This document shows, piece by piece, positions 21,961 to 32,209 of a stretch of 64,000 nt of DNA. The stretch lies in contig CBDBHB010000008.1 in the NCBI GenBank assembly GCA_965205505.1, positions 608,001 to 672,000 on the forward strand, read 5' to 3'. Below the pieces are notes generated by a model. It was given only the letters and a program-made list of their open reading frames with translations. It ran no database searches and was not told the origin of the DNA. This stretch comes from Acidobacteriota bacterium (GTDB lineage Bacteria; Acidobacteriota; UBA890; WLXD01). The translations under genes and the position numbers were made by a program. The first letter of the stretch is position 1. Every line of letters starts with the position of its first letter.

Positions 21961-22006
21961 GGACCGTGGGCAGATTCGAATCCCGACCTCCGGCGTGCAA
22001 GGCCGG
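21961..22006 (-). other. tRNA-Ala(TGC)-like 3' half fragment, possible att scar
   Basis: CCGGC-CTTGCAC-GCCGG anticodon arm, AGGTC variable loop, TTCGAAT T-loop with a degenerate stem; no D arm or 5' half. Confidence 0.4.
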
Positions 22007-22200
22007 CTAACTGAATGAAACTACCAGGACTTCAACTGAGATCGGAAGGTCCGTGTTAGCCGCCATGTAGCTACTCCGGTTCGCTACCGCAGCACGACCT
22101 CCTCGCCGCTTGTGAGGTAGCTGGGCGACCGTACGGTGCGGGAGCCTCGATATTCCATAAGTTGATCCGGGTATCAACGCTCGGGGTGCACGAACGTTGT

Positions 22201-24078
22201 TTAGCGTCCCGTGTACTCCGAGCACAAGAGAAGGTTGCCCTCACTATCGGTCGCCAGAACCTGCGTGTAACCGGGCTGGCGATCCACGCCCATCTTGCTG
22301 TTGATCGCCTTGATGAGAGGGAACGCACTCCTCTGGCTTTGTAGCCAATCGTAGGCGTCCTGCGCGGAGGGTACCCAGAAGCTCATGTAGCCACTCGGCT
22401 TGTTGCGGCGAGGTGCTCCATGGCGCCGCCGTCCGGATTTGTAGAGCCCGAACACCAAGCCCGAGGCACTCCACCAGCCGCGATACCCTGAGTCGACGTA
22501 CGGAGCTCCCAGCTCCATCACGTTGGTGTAGAACTTCGCCCCGGCAGTCGCGGGCTTCGTCGACGGGTATCCCGTGTAGTCGAGTCCCAAGTTCATGCCA
22601 GTAGGGGGATTCGCTGCAACGGTCATCGATATCAGGGGCTTGAAGTCGGCGTCGAGGACATGAGTTACGAAGGCCGTCTCGTGGAACGGGTGGACGCCGG
22701 TGCCTTTCATGTCAATCATGTAGCTGACGATCGTGCGTGCGCCGAGCGACCGCACCCGAACCGACCGGGCGGCGATATCGACGCTCAGCCCGGCGGACGA
22801 GCGATCGTAGCGTGGCCAATACACGGTCGACAGGACATTGACCAAGCCGGAGCCGAGCTCGAGTCCTCGCGTCTTCGTGCGCGTGTCATCGAACCATCGC
22901 CCGCTCGAGCCGTACGCCTCGCCGATGACCGACGACTGCATCTTCACCCACGCGCTCGTGATCCGCTGCGCAGCAACGCCGGCGGGATCCGAGCCGTCTA
23001 GCCCGACGGGAGTGGCTGGCGGCGGGCCGTCGGTCGAGTAGTTCCGCTGCTTGATGATGAACGGGTTGCTGGTCAGGTTGGGCTTGTCGACGGCGATCGC
23101 GTATTGGTCGGGACCGTCATTGAGAAGAACCGTGTCGCTGCCAAGCAAGAACTTCGCGCCTGCCGCAAGCAGCTGGGTGCGCTTGGCATGCACGTCGGGA
23201 ACGTAGAACGTCGCCCAGCCATTGGCCAGCTTATCAGTGACGGTGGCCAGGCTGTTCATCCCGTCCTTCTCGAGACGGAACCGCGCGCGGTCGATCAAGT
23301 ACGTGGCTTGCGTGGGAGTGGAAGACTCGGCCGGACCCAGGAGCTGGTCGTAGAAATCCTGCGCACGGGCCAGCTCCGTAACCGGGTAGGAGAAGTCGAA
23401 GCTGAAAGCTTCCGGTCCGGGGACGCCCGTCTGCGGGTCGACATCAACACCAAAGGACTCGATCCAATGGCAGATCTTCCAATCTCCGTCGACTTTCGTC
23501 AGACCGTAGAGCATGAGCCCGAGATCCGTGTAGCACCAACGGGAGCCGCCTTCGACGTCTGCCCAACAGAGAACCGTGGCGAACCCGCCCGAGGCATCGA
23601 CCCAGACCTCAGCATTCCGGATCGTCCACTGCTCGGCGATGACACCGTCGATACGCTCGAAGGCGGCCCACTCGCCGGCAAGGTCAGCGACCACGGCAGC
23701 AGAATCCTGTTGGATACGGCCCATGATGCCCCTGTTGCTCTGCCGAATCACGTCAGGGACAAGCCGCGCCTGTACACTGGCGACATCGCGGCTCAGGTAT
23801 CGCTCCCAGACACCTTTGATCGTTCCAACGAGCGCGGCTTGGTCTACCCCAGAAGCGTTGCTTACGACGACAGCGCTGCTAGGGAAATCCACGGAGCCCG
23901 CCCTGATGCCGCAGATGGCCCTGTCCGCTCGCGCGCGTCGTGGGAAGGAGAACTCCAGCGCCTGAGAGGCGGCCACCGTGCCACCAGCGACGGCGATTCC
24001 TTGCAAAAGTCCCCTGCGCGAGAGTCCACGGCCCGCAATGAACTGTTCTCGCTTCGAGCTGCCGCCACCAGAACTCAT
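22201..24078 (-). CDS. Tat-exported protein with apparently duplicated NTF2/SnoaL-like + VOC(glyoxalase)-like modules
   Basis: SRRGLL signal; ...KVDGDWKICHW; VTELARAQDFYDQLLG...FYVPDV; second copy KFYTNVMEL...SFWVPSA...DSEGNLL. Confidence 0.6.
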   Translation of the reverse strand: MSSGGGSSKREQFIAGRGLSRRGLLQGIAVAGGTVAASQALEFSFPRRARADRAICGIRAGSVDFPSSAVVVSNASGVDQAALVGTIKGVWERYLSRDVASVQARLVPDVIRQSNRGIMGRIQQDSAAVVADLAGEWAAFERIDGVIAEQWTIRNAEVWVDASGGFATVLCWADVEGGSRWCYTDLGLMLYGLTKVDGDWKICHWIESFGVDVDPQTGVPGPEAFSFDFSYPVTELARAQDFYDQLLGPAESSTPTQATYLIDRARFRLEKDGMNSLATVTDKLANGWATFYVPDVHAKRTQLLAAGAKFLLGSDTVLLNDGPDQYAIAVDKPNLTSNPFIIKQRNYSTDGPPPATPVGLDGSDPAGVAAQRITSAWVKMQSSVIGEAYGSSGRWFDDTRTKTRGLELGSGLVNVLSTVYWPRYDRSSAGLSVDIAARSVRVRSLGARTIVSYMIDMKGTGVHPFHETAFVTHVLDADFKPLISMTVAANPPTGMNLGLDYTGYPSTKPATAGAKFYTNVMELGAPYVDSGYRGWWSASGLVFGLYKSGRRRHGAPRRNKPSGYMSFWVPSAQDAYDWLQSQRSAFPLIKAINSKMGVDRQPGYTQVLATDSEGNLLLCSEYTGR

Positions 24079-24584
24079 CGTTGGGGGCTCATGTACCTGA
24101 CACACGGTCGCAGGGCGCTATTGTGGGAGGATCCGAAAAGGTATCAGAATTCGTCCCGATCTGGTGATCGAGGTTCGTCGTGACGTGATGAAAGAGCGGG
24201 ACGGCCCGATGCTGCGGCATGGACTGCAGGGAATTCATCTCAAGCCGATAGTGCGGCCTCGAGCTCGACAGCACCGGCCGGCCGCAGAGTTGTTGCAGAA
24301 GCGCTACGAGCTTTTCCGTAGCCGCCAGGCCTCTTGCATAGGCAGCATTAGCGAAACTGTCTGACGCAACGAGCACGGGCGTCCATAGAAGCAAACTGCA
24401 TGTCCGGGCCCCGCCCGGGGTGTCCGGGGTCGTCGCTACGCGTCGGCACGACGCAGTCGCTCGTTGCCGCAGCAAGCAAGCACGGGGCCGAGCACGCCAC
24501 TCGTGGAGCCGTCGCTCGGCTGCGCTACGGATGGCACCTATCCCATTGATGTATAAATCAAATCGAAGACAACGAACCCGCTCA

Positions 24585-25382
24585 CTACGAGTCTTTAAAG
24601 TTGTGAACGATACTTCGGACGTCATCGATTATGAAACGGATTGTCGAGTCAATATCGCAGCCGTCACATTTCAGTCCTGTTTCGTCAAAGACTATGCTAA
24701 TTGTCGGCTGAGCCTTCACATTCACTTCGGTCTCAGGTTTGGTCGTGTCGTAGGGAACCATGAATCTGAACCGGAGTGGTTCAGTTCCATGTTTCAATGG
24801 GTTCCATATGTTGTCGTCGGAGACGGTGACGCTATGGTCCGTTTCATCTATACCAATCGTCAGGTTGAGCGTAGCGAACTTTGGGATTGCGACGAGCAGC
24901 AAGCGGTGTTTGTCGATATTGTCGAGTCCAGAGAGAATCCAGAGAGGGTCGACGCATGGGTCCAATGGCCGTCGCTCGTAAGGTTGCAGCGCCTTGATTC
25001 GTGACTGAGCATCAGGGCTGATCGGTTTGATCATCCGATCGATTCTTTTCCGATTCTTAGGCGTGTCTACAGCGTAGATCGGAAACTGTGTCCGGTCACC
25101 CACGGACGGATTTCCTGCCGCAATAGCAAGCTGATAAATCAAGTGATCCAAGGACGATCTCAGATTGTGAACGGCATCGCCAAGATAGAGCCCGAAGTCT
25201 GGCGCAGGGTATCCTGCTTGCACGGAACAGGTTGCCAGCCTCCCTTCTGGTTGGTTTTCGACGGAGAGGAGGTTTACATTCGTGGCCATGCACGGATCGG
25301 TTGCAAGTGCTTCATACAAGTCGCGCAGGTGCTTTTCCGACCGATCGATCTTGGCTATCATTCCATCGAATGGTTCAATCAT
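24585..25382 (-). CDS. Uncharacterised protein (HNLRSxLDH / DNxDKHR family), paralogue 1
   Basis: 265 aa; visibly lower GC than the flanks; motifs shared with the neighbouring gene. Confidence 0.7.
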   Translation of the reverse strand: MIEPFDGMIAKIDRSEKHLRDLYEALATDPCMATNVNLLSVENQPEGRLATCSVQAGYPAPDFGLYLGDAVHNLRSSLDHLIYQLAIAAGNPSVGDRTQFPIYAVDTPKNRKRIDRMIKPISPDAQSRIKALQPYERRPLDPCVDPLWILSGLDNIDKHRLLLVAIPKFATLNLTIGIDETDHSVTVSDDNIWNPLKHGTEPLRFRFMVPYDTTKPETEVNVKAQPTISIVFDETGLKCDGCDIDSTIRFIIDDVRSIVHNFKDS

Positions 25383-25441
25383 TAGGGATTAGACGAACAA
25401 GTGTGGAATCAGATAAGGGGCCTAATATTCAAGTGCGGCGT

Positions 25442-26242
25442 CTAAGATCGGGCCGAATCGCGAACGAGGACGGCGACCTGACGAACTTCTTCCAACAAGG
25501 CCGCGAGAAGATCGATGACGTTGCTACGGCTCGTGCGTGGCGGTCCTTGCCTGTGGGGGATGGTTACCGCAAGTCTGGCGAGGAAATTGAGGCGATAGTT
25601 GGGGTCAGGGTCGGGGAGGGTGACGTCGAATACCTCTGTGCCGTCTATCACTTCACCGAGATGTATTCCCACATGGATGGTCTGTTTGGCCTCGACCTTC
25701 AGGTTGATGGGCTCCCCGTGCTCCTGCTGGAAGTAGGGTAGGTGGAGCAGACGGTGCTTGTCGACATTGTCAAGGAACCGAAGGATGGTCAAAAGTGGCG
25801 GTATATCGGGCTCGGTGTGGCGTCGGTACGGTTGCACGCTCTCGATAGCGTCGATCACGGGTTTGCTAAGAGACTTGATACGCCACAGCCGGTCTTTGAA
25901 ACCGTTCGCGGAATCTTCGATCGGGAACACCAGCTGCCGGAAGGCAGCGGGTCGTGTACCTTCAGCCTCGTATGTGGCGATGGCGTAAACGAGATGGTCG
26001 AGGACCGTCCGCGCATTGTGGACACAATCAGCAGCGATCAGGGACCACCTGAGAATGTCTGGCTCCTCGCGGATGCGGGCCACGAGACTGTGGCGGGTTC
26101 CCTCCGGATTGCGCTGACGGGCCAGGGTTACCGGCTGGCGGTTTCTCCAGGCTCGGATCTCACCGTAGAGTGTGTCGGCGTGTTTCGTCGCCCTGGTAAG
26201 CTTTGCAGTACAGCTTTGGAGGTCGTCGAGCGTGGTGGCCAA
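25442..26242 (-). CDS. Uncharacterised protein (HNxRxxLDH / DNxDKHR family), paralogue 2
   Basis: AKLTRATKH, DCVHNARTVLDHLVY, FPI, QPY and LDNVDKHRLL align with paralogue 1. Confidence 0.7.
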   Translation of the reverse strand: MATTLDDLQSCTAKLTRATKHADTLYGEIRAWRNRQPVTLARQRNPEGTRHSLVARIREEPDILRWSLIAADCVHNARTVLDHLVYAIATYEAEGTRPAAFRQLVFPIEDSANGFKDRLWRIKSLSKPVIDAIESVQPYRRHTEPDIPPLLTILRFLDNVDKHRLLHLPYFQQEHGEPINLKVEAKQTIHVGIHLGEVIDGTEVFDVTLPDPDPNYRLNFLARLAVTIPHRQGPPRTSRSNVIDLLAALLEEVRQVAVLVRDSARS

Positions 26243-26529
26243 GAGTAAGTCTCAGAAGACGCCAAAGGGGGCAGAGATCCCGTTCCGGAAAAGGGCAAGT
26301 TTGGCATGATAGCAGACAAACATCTGGTTGCTTTCGGTTCCAGTCGGCCCACGGTCGCCTTGAGACTCTCTCCGTGCGGCAGGACTTGCGCCCCGAATCA
26401 AACGAAAGGTCGACTCCACCCTTCTCGCTCGTCACCTTGGAAGGCTCCGCACCGGCTAGAACCTGTGGAAGTTCAACGTGACCGTGCAGCCAGATGAGTT
26501 CGGACACGACATCTGAGTGAGTGACTGAG

Positions 26530-27669
26530 CTACGGGGCGGCGAATAGCCGGTCGACGATCTCTTCGGTCACTCGCCAGGTCAGGCTACGCCCGTCGGTCG
26601 CCAGGTGGCCCAGGACGATGACGACGACGTCAGCGTCGACGTAGCGACGCAAGATCGCCTCGTCCGCCTCGCCGAACGAGCCGCCGCCGTCATGCTCGAT
26701 CAGCAGGCCGTGCTCGGTCTGCTCGACGCCCCAGCCGTATGCGTAGTTGTCCAGGAAGGGTTCGTAGAACTTCGCCTTCGCCGCCGCCGACAGGATCGCC
26801 TCGCCCTCCAGCGCCTGGTGGTAGCGGTACAGGTCGCCGGTCGTCGTCAACAACCCGCCGTTGCCCAACAGGTTCCAGTACGGGTACGGCCGCTCGATGA
26901 AGGTGCCGCGGTCCTCGCCGTTGACGTAGTAGCGGGCCACGATGTGGCGGTCCCAGTCGGGCAGCCGGTAGCCTGTGGCGCTCATCCCAGCGGGCTTGAA
27001 GACGTTGTCGCTCAGGTACTCCTCGTAGGACCGGCCCGAGGTCTTCTCGATTACCGCGGCCAGTACGCTGTAGCCGGCGTTGGAGTAGTGGAACTCTTCA
27101 CCCGGAGCCGATAGCAGCGGTGCATCGAGAGCCTCCTGGATCGTCTCGTCGCGCAGTGCTACTTCGAAGTCCGCCTCCCCGTCCCAGTCGCCCGTGTAGT
27201 CGATCAAGCCCGCGGTGTGGGTGAGCAGTTGATGCAGCGTGATGCCTCGCTTCGCTTCGGGAACGCGATCGAAATACTTCGGGAGCATGTCTTCGGTGCT
27301 CAGCTTGCCCTGCATCTCCAACTTGAGGATGCCGGCGGCAGTGAACTGCTTCGTGATCGAGCCGATGCCGATGACGCTCTCGGCGGCGTTGGCGATGTCG
27401 TCGGAACGGATCGCCATACCGTAGCCTTTGTTCAGCAGGATCTTTCCCTGCCTGGCCACCAGCACCGTGCCGGCGAAGCGGTTGGGGGCGAGCGTAGCAA
27501 CGTAGGCGTCGAGGCGCGCCCCGAGCTCCCCGCGTACGACATTGGTGCCGCTGGGCTCCCCCGCCGCGTCGACGGCAGTGGGCGCGGCGCCGCTGCTGCA
27601 CCCGGACGGCGCCAGGATCATCGCCACGAGCAGGACGGTTGACGCCGAGCGTCTTTCGGGGCTAACCAT
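26530..27669 (-). CDS. Serine hydrolase (class C beta-lactamase-like) lipoprotein
   Basis: SITK (SxxK), LLTHTAG, YSN, HDG; lipobox-like SGC. Confidence 0.88.
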   Translation of the reverse strand: MVSPERRSASTVLLVAMILAPSGCSSGAAPTAVDAAGEPSGTNVVRGELGARLDAYVATLAPNRFAGTVLVARQGKILLNKGYGMAIRSDDIANAAESVIGIGSITKQFTAAGILKLEMQGKLSTEDMLPKYFDRVPEAKRGITLHQLLTHTAGLIDYTGDWDGEADFEVALRDETIQEALDAPLLSAPGEEFHYSNAGYSVLAAVIEKTSGRSYEEYLSDNVFKPAGMSATGYRLPDWDRHIVARYYVNGEDRGTFIERPYPYWNLLGNGGLLTTTGDLYRYHQALEGEAILSAAAKAKFYEPFLDNYAYGWGVEQTEHGLLIEHDGGGSFGEADEAILRRYVDADVVVIVLGHLATDGRSLTWRVTEEIVDRLFAAP

Positions 27670-28057
27670 ATGCGGAACCCTCCTCCTGCGGGATGTCGGG
27701 CGCAGGCCCGGCAGCGTGAGGAACTTACCCTTGCAGAGGGCGGAAATCTACACGGCCAGGACCCAGCCGCAAAGGCGACCTCGGGGCGGTGGCCCACCAG
27801 CGTCCGGAACGACCCGCCCGGCGCGACACCATGAGCGAGAACACACAGACCGGGCGAGGTAGTCGCGCCACGTCGCATCTCGGTCGGTGTGTAGACGGTC
27901 ATCGTCAACGGGCGAGCACTCCAAACGCCGACGAGCGGGAGCATGGAAAGGTGCAGGGCTCCTGTGCAGCTATTCAACCGAGACGACCGGGTCTCAGGGA
28001 GGAACCTGTTCACGACGCCATCGGTGGGTTCGCGCATCTGCGCGAGAACGGACCTCG

Positions 28058-28360
28058 TGTTCCAGCGTTCCACGTGTTCCAACCCCCCACCGACAAGAGG
28101 CGGAACATAATTGGTGTGCCTAACACGCTCCGTCTCCCGGACTTCCTTATTGGCGGCGCAGCCGATGGTAGCCGCGGCGTTTCGCTCCCACCGCAGCTCC
28201 TCTTAGAACCTCGCATCATCCCCTGCGGCGACTGCCGTGCCGGGATCCAGTGAGGCTCGACGGTGGCTTCGCTCGATCGTGTGAACAACTCGCCGCGCCT
28301 TCGTGTCCCGTGTTCCGCGTTCGATTACTGGGGGGTTGGAACAGGTGGAACAGTGGAACA
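28058..28360. repeat. Inverted pair of GTTCCA iteron triplets, putative replication origin
   Basis: 28058-28087 TGTTCCAGCGTTCCACGTGTTCCAACCCCC versus the reverse complement of 28331-28360, TGTTCCACTGTTCCACCTGTTCCAACCCCC (27/30 identical). Confidence 0.65.
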
Positions 28361-29839
28361 GGCCACGTCCGCCCGTTTCAGCGCGCGATTCACAGTACCC
28401 AAACCCACCCCCATCTCTTCCGCGATTTCTCGTTGTGTCATGCCGGTTGCACTAAGCTCCGCAGCCTGTTCGGCGCGGGTATCTTGCAGAGATCTCCACG
28501 TCCACTGTGGACCCGTCGGTTCACCCGTCATGAGCGAGGCCTCGAATGGCTCCGTCTCGCTGCCGATTAGGCCGCGTGATTTCGTGAAGTGGACCTCGAC
28601 TCGACAACCTTGCGAAGGTCGGTAGTCGGGTGGCCGCTTGAGCTGGACGGCCTGGCTGACGATGTCCTCTCTCTTGCTCGTTCCCCGCTGGCCACCGCTC
28701 TTACCGTCGTGATGCACGAAAAGGGTCGTGATCCCCTTGCGCCGGAGCTCCAAGAGCCACGCTTGCATCGTGTCCCACGAGCCAGCTTCGTTCTCTTTTC
28801 CGCTGCCTGGACAAAGGGTCGAGATCGAGTCGAGTATGAGCAGCGAGATACCGTCAAGATGCCGCTCAACGACGCGACGCCCCTGCTCATCAGCGAGACT
28901 TGGCAGGATCGCGTCTGCAAGATCAGCGGACAGGACTTGAAGCGGCGCACGGAGCGGACTGCTGGCGGCATCTCCAGCCTGCCTCAACATCTCTTGGAGC
29001 TGCTCTCGCGGCAGTTCACCATCGACGAGCAGCACACCGTGTGGCTCGGGGGCCTTGAATCTCAAAAACGGGCAACCGGAGGCAACCGCAACGGCAATGC
29101 CATGCGCGATTCTCGTCTTACCCACACCGCGCCACGCATGCAGTTCCGCGATGTCGCGCCTCTGGATGAACCCCTCGAGCATCCATACTCGCGGCGGAAT
29201 CTCCATGCTGAGCAGGTCGAGCACGTCGATGGGCAGGGGGTTCGTTGAGGCTCCCCCCGCGACAGGGGCCGCCGTGTCCAGGCTCGCCCGAAGCTGCTCG
29301 CACAGGTCGGTGGGATCCGCGCCTTGGGCCATCGCCGTCTTGATTGTCGAGTCACAGACCTTTATCAGATCTCGGAGACTCGAGGCACGCTTCACGATGT
29401 GAACGTAGCTTGCTATGTTCGCCATCGTCGGCATGCCGGAAATCAGCGACGAGATGTAGGCACGACCACCTACCCGCTGGAGGACATCGCGCCGGTTCAA
29501 CTCGGCACTCAGCGTGATTGTGTCGATGTGATGGGGTTCATGGCGCTGATACAGCGCCAGCATCGCATCCCAGATCAAGCGATGACCTTGATCAAAGAAG
29601 TCCTCACTGGTCAGACCTGAGTCAACCGCACGGGACAACAAGTCGTTGGTGACCAGCACGCTACCGAGGATCTCTCGCTCGGCCGGAAGGTCGTGCGGCA
29701 TGGCGCGTTCGCGGGTCACTACGAATGCCGGACCCGAGCGCCGGGAGCGAGTGCCGGAGCCAGGTGAGCAGAGGTCGAGCGCCTGTTCCGGCACCGCTTG
29801 CGTGGGACTGGCCAGCGTTGCCTCGAATGCGATGCGCAC
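28325..29839 (-). CDS. DnaB N-terminal domain + RepA/AAA_25-like helicase + HTH replication protein (start may be 29701)
   Basis: PHDLPAEREILG...DFF..H..IW (DnaB_N); Walker A AWRGVGKT; LLVDGE; LILDS; HHDGKSGGQRGTS; MTQREIAEEMGVG HTH. Confidence 0.8.
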   Translation of the reverse strand: MRIAFEATLASPTQAVPEQALDLCSPGSGTRSRRSGPAFVVTRERAMPHDLPAEREILGSVLVTNDLLSRAVDSGLTSEDFFDQGHRLIWDAMLALYQRHEPHHIDTITLSAELNRRDVLQRVGGRAYISSLISGMPTMANIASYVHIVKRASSLRDLIKVCDSTIKTAMAQGADPTDLCEQLRASLDTAAPVAGGASTNPLPIDVLDLLSMEIPPRVWMLEGFIQRRDIAELHAWRGVGKTRIAHGIAVAVASGCPFLRFKAPEPHGVLLVDGELPREQLQEMLRQAGDAASSPLRAPLQVLSADLADAILPSLADEQGRRVVERHLDGISLLILDSISTLCPGSGKENEAGSWDTMQAWLLELRRKGITTLFVHHDGKSGGQRGTSKREDIVSQAVQLKRPPDYRPSQGCRVEVHFTKSRGLIGSETEPFEASLMTGEPTGPQWTWRSLQDTRAEQAAELSATGMTQREIAEEMGVGLGTVNRALKRADVACSTVPPVPTPQ

Positions 29840-29891
29840 GAGCCGAGAAAGTGCGGCTTGTCCATTGCGGTGAGCTGCTCCTGGATACAGC

Positions 29892-30093
29892 TCACGGCGA
29901 GCCGCCCGGAACGGCCCTGGGTCTCGTTTGTAGCCAGACCTCGATATCCGCCAGGCGCCAGGCTACCGCACGCCGGCCGATGCGCACCGGACGGGGAAAC
30001 TCCCCCGCATCCATCGCAGCGTAGATCGCCGAGCGTGACAGCCGCGTGATCTGCTCGACTTCAGGGCGTCGGATAAGTGTCGGTTGCATCATT
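29892..30093 (-). CDS. alpA: AlpA-family phage regulator / excisionase
   Basis: LIRRPEVEQITRLSRSAIY...FPRPVRIGRRAVAW. Confidence 0.9.
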
Positions 30094-30201
30094 GGGAACC
30101 CTCCGGGTAGCTGTAGGATCCCCACTGTGCACGCCACGACTTGGCGTGTCATTGGGACAGGTTTTCGGAAACTCGTCCCTACACAGCGCGACGCGTAGGC
30201 G

Positions 30202-30868
30202 CTAGCGCTTGCTCTGCCAGATAGCGAGAACGCTGCTGTACTTGCTCACGCTTTGATTTCTGTCGGCGAGCACCCCGGCCACGATGTCGCAGGCAGATGC
30301 ACGCTCGGTAAGTTCATTGCGCATCACATTCATGCCGCACTTTTTCAGGATGTAGACTGCCCATGCGATCACGTAGTTTCGCTCGGCCATCTTGGGCTCA
30401 GGGCCCCTGCTGCCTTCGCTGGCTCTGGGACGCTGTCCCCGCTCGGCCACCCATCTTTGCAGCGTTTGCCCAAGCGGATACTTGCCTCCTTTTTGCATGA
30501 GCACCCAATCCAGTACGTCCCAATGTAGTGCGGAGGTACGTGATCGTTCAGCGAAAAGATCGACCACCTCCTCGCGCGGGGTGCCGTCCAGAGGGCCCAG
30601 AGACGAAGCGAGCATCCCTACGTAGTAGTCGCGAGCCCACTCCGGGTCATCCGACAGGTCCAGGTCCAGCCACAAGTGCACGAGGGCCCGCGCATCGTCG
30701 TCTGAAATGCGCTCTCCCTGCTCCGTGAATCGTGCCACGTGCTCGCGGTGTTTACGGTGAAACTCATCGTGCTGGGATTGGTCGTAGGCGGCACGCACAG
30801 GCGGTATGGGACTACAGAGCTTCAGCTTCAGTCGAACGGTCTGCCTCGGGCGCGGTTCCTCACCCATG
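30202..30868 (-). CDS. Hypothetical protein of the integrative element
   Basis: Open frame between integrase and alpA on the same strand; no recognised family; start uncertain. Confidence 0.5.
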
Positions 30869-31171
30869 AGGCAGCACCGGCACGATGGTCTGGATCGGGG
30901 CGGGCAACCTGGAGTGCGGCCCGGGCCCACTGATCGATGGGGACAGCAGCATCAGGCCCAGGATGACGGCCGGAATCAGCGTCAGTGCACGGCCCGAAAG
31001 GTTGATCCTGGGCGAGCGGAGATCGCCCATCCGCACGTTGCCGAGCTCACCTCTGTCCATATCATCTCTCCGTAGGCACGGGGGCGGTGGGGTAGACACG
31101 TCTTCAGGGTAGCGTGCGTGGCCGTGTGCCAACCCACTTCAGCAGGCAGGGAACCGACCCGGTACTGCTCC

Positions 31172-32209
31172 CTAGACAGGGCGCAGCATCGGCACCACCT
31201 TGCCGCCCTCAGCACTCAGGTAAGCGGCCCAGTCTTCCATCAGCTTCCGGCGCCGCTCCAGCAGGTCCGAGCGCGCATAGGCCGCCTCGGTCGGGTCGCG
31301 CACCGCATGCGCCAGCGCCGCCTCCATGACCGCCCGCGGTGCGTTGGTGCACTCCGCCGCCCAGTCCCGGAACGATGAGCGAAACCCGTGCGGTACCGCT
31401 TCAATACCCAGCTGCCGCAGCACCCGGGAAAGCGTTGCGTCCGCCAGCGGCCTGCCGGCCCGTGCGCCGGGAAACACCAGCCCCTCGCCATCCCTGAGCC
31501 CCCGCGCCTGGCGCAGGATCTCCATTGCCCGGCCCGATAGCGGTACCCGGCGCCGCTTGCGGTGCCGTGGCAGCGCCTGGGTGATCGCCTCACCAGCCGG
31601 GTTGTCGCCACGGTACCCCTGCGCCATGGCCCACTTCATCACCGCACCGATGCGCGCCCGCACCCGCCGTGCGGTCTCGGCCTTGTCATGCCAGATCGGA
31701 CCCAGTACCTCCAACACCTCGGCCGTCGTCACCTCCGACACCGGCATCTCACCGATGCGCCCGTACGCATAGGTGCGCAACTCCGTTTTCCATTGCGCCG
31801 CATACTTGGCGTTGCGCCACCCGGGGCGGTGCATCTCATACACCTTGGCCGCTGCTTGCGCGAACGTCGGCATGCCCTCGGCCCGGCGCTTGTCTGTCAG
31901 CGGGTCACCGCCGGCACGGGCCAGCTTGCGGTTGGCAAATGCCACCTCGCGCGCCTCCGACAGCGACACCAAGGGGTAGCCTCCGAGACCCAGTTCCCGG
32001 CGACGGCCCTGGATCACGATCCGCTGTACCCAGCTGCGCGCTCCGCTCGGGATCACGTTCAGGTACAGGCCGTGTCCATCGCAGTACCGGCCCGGCTTCA
32101 TTACCGTGCGTACGAACGCCGCCGACAGGGCCCGCTCCGGGTGCTTGCCGCTCTTGCGCCGAGGGCTGGGTTTCGGTGCAGTTGCTTGCGCATCGGCCAT
32201 ATTATGCAT
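31172..32209 (-). pseudogene. P4-like integrase (Arm-DNA-binding/DUF4102) with an internal in-frame deletion
   Basis: PGRYCDGHGLYL...LGLGGYPLVSLSEAR; HGFRSSFRDW, ALAH, AYARSD. The catalytic Arg/Lys segment is missing near 31555. Confidence 0.85.

Noticed and set aside
24164-24364. VRRDVMKERDG...H ORF faintly resembling an HNH nuclease start
   Set aside because: The Cys pairs and HNH residues cannot be recovered with confidence; too weak to call.
24420-26248. Plus-strand ORFs 24420..25004, 25232..25741 and 25742..26248 that resemble each other
   Set aside because: They are antisense to the two paralogous genes, so their similarity follows from that paralogy.
27852-27870. GGGCGAGGTAGTCGCGCCA as the left att end of the integrative element
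   Set aside because: GGC-GCC spacing is 11 rather than 13 and no ADOP 5' fragment is adjacent.
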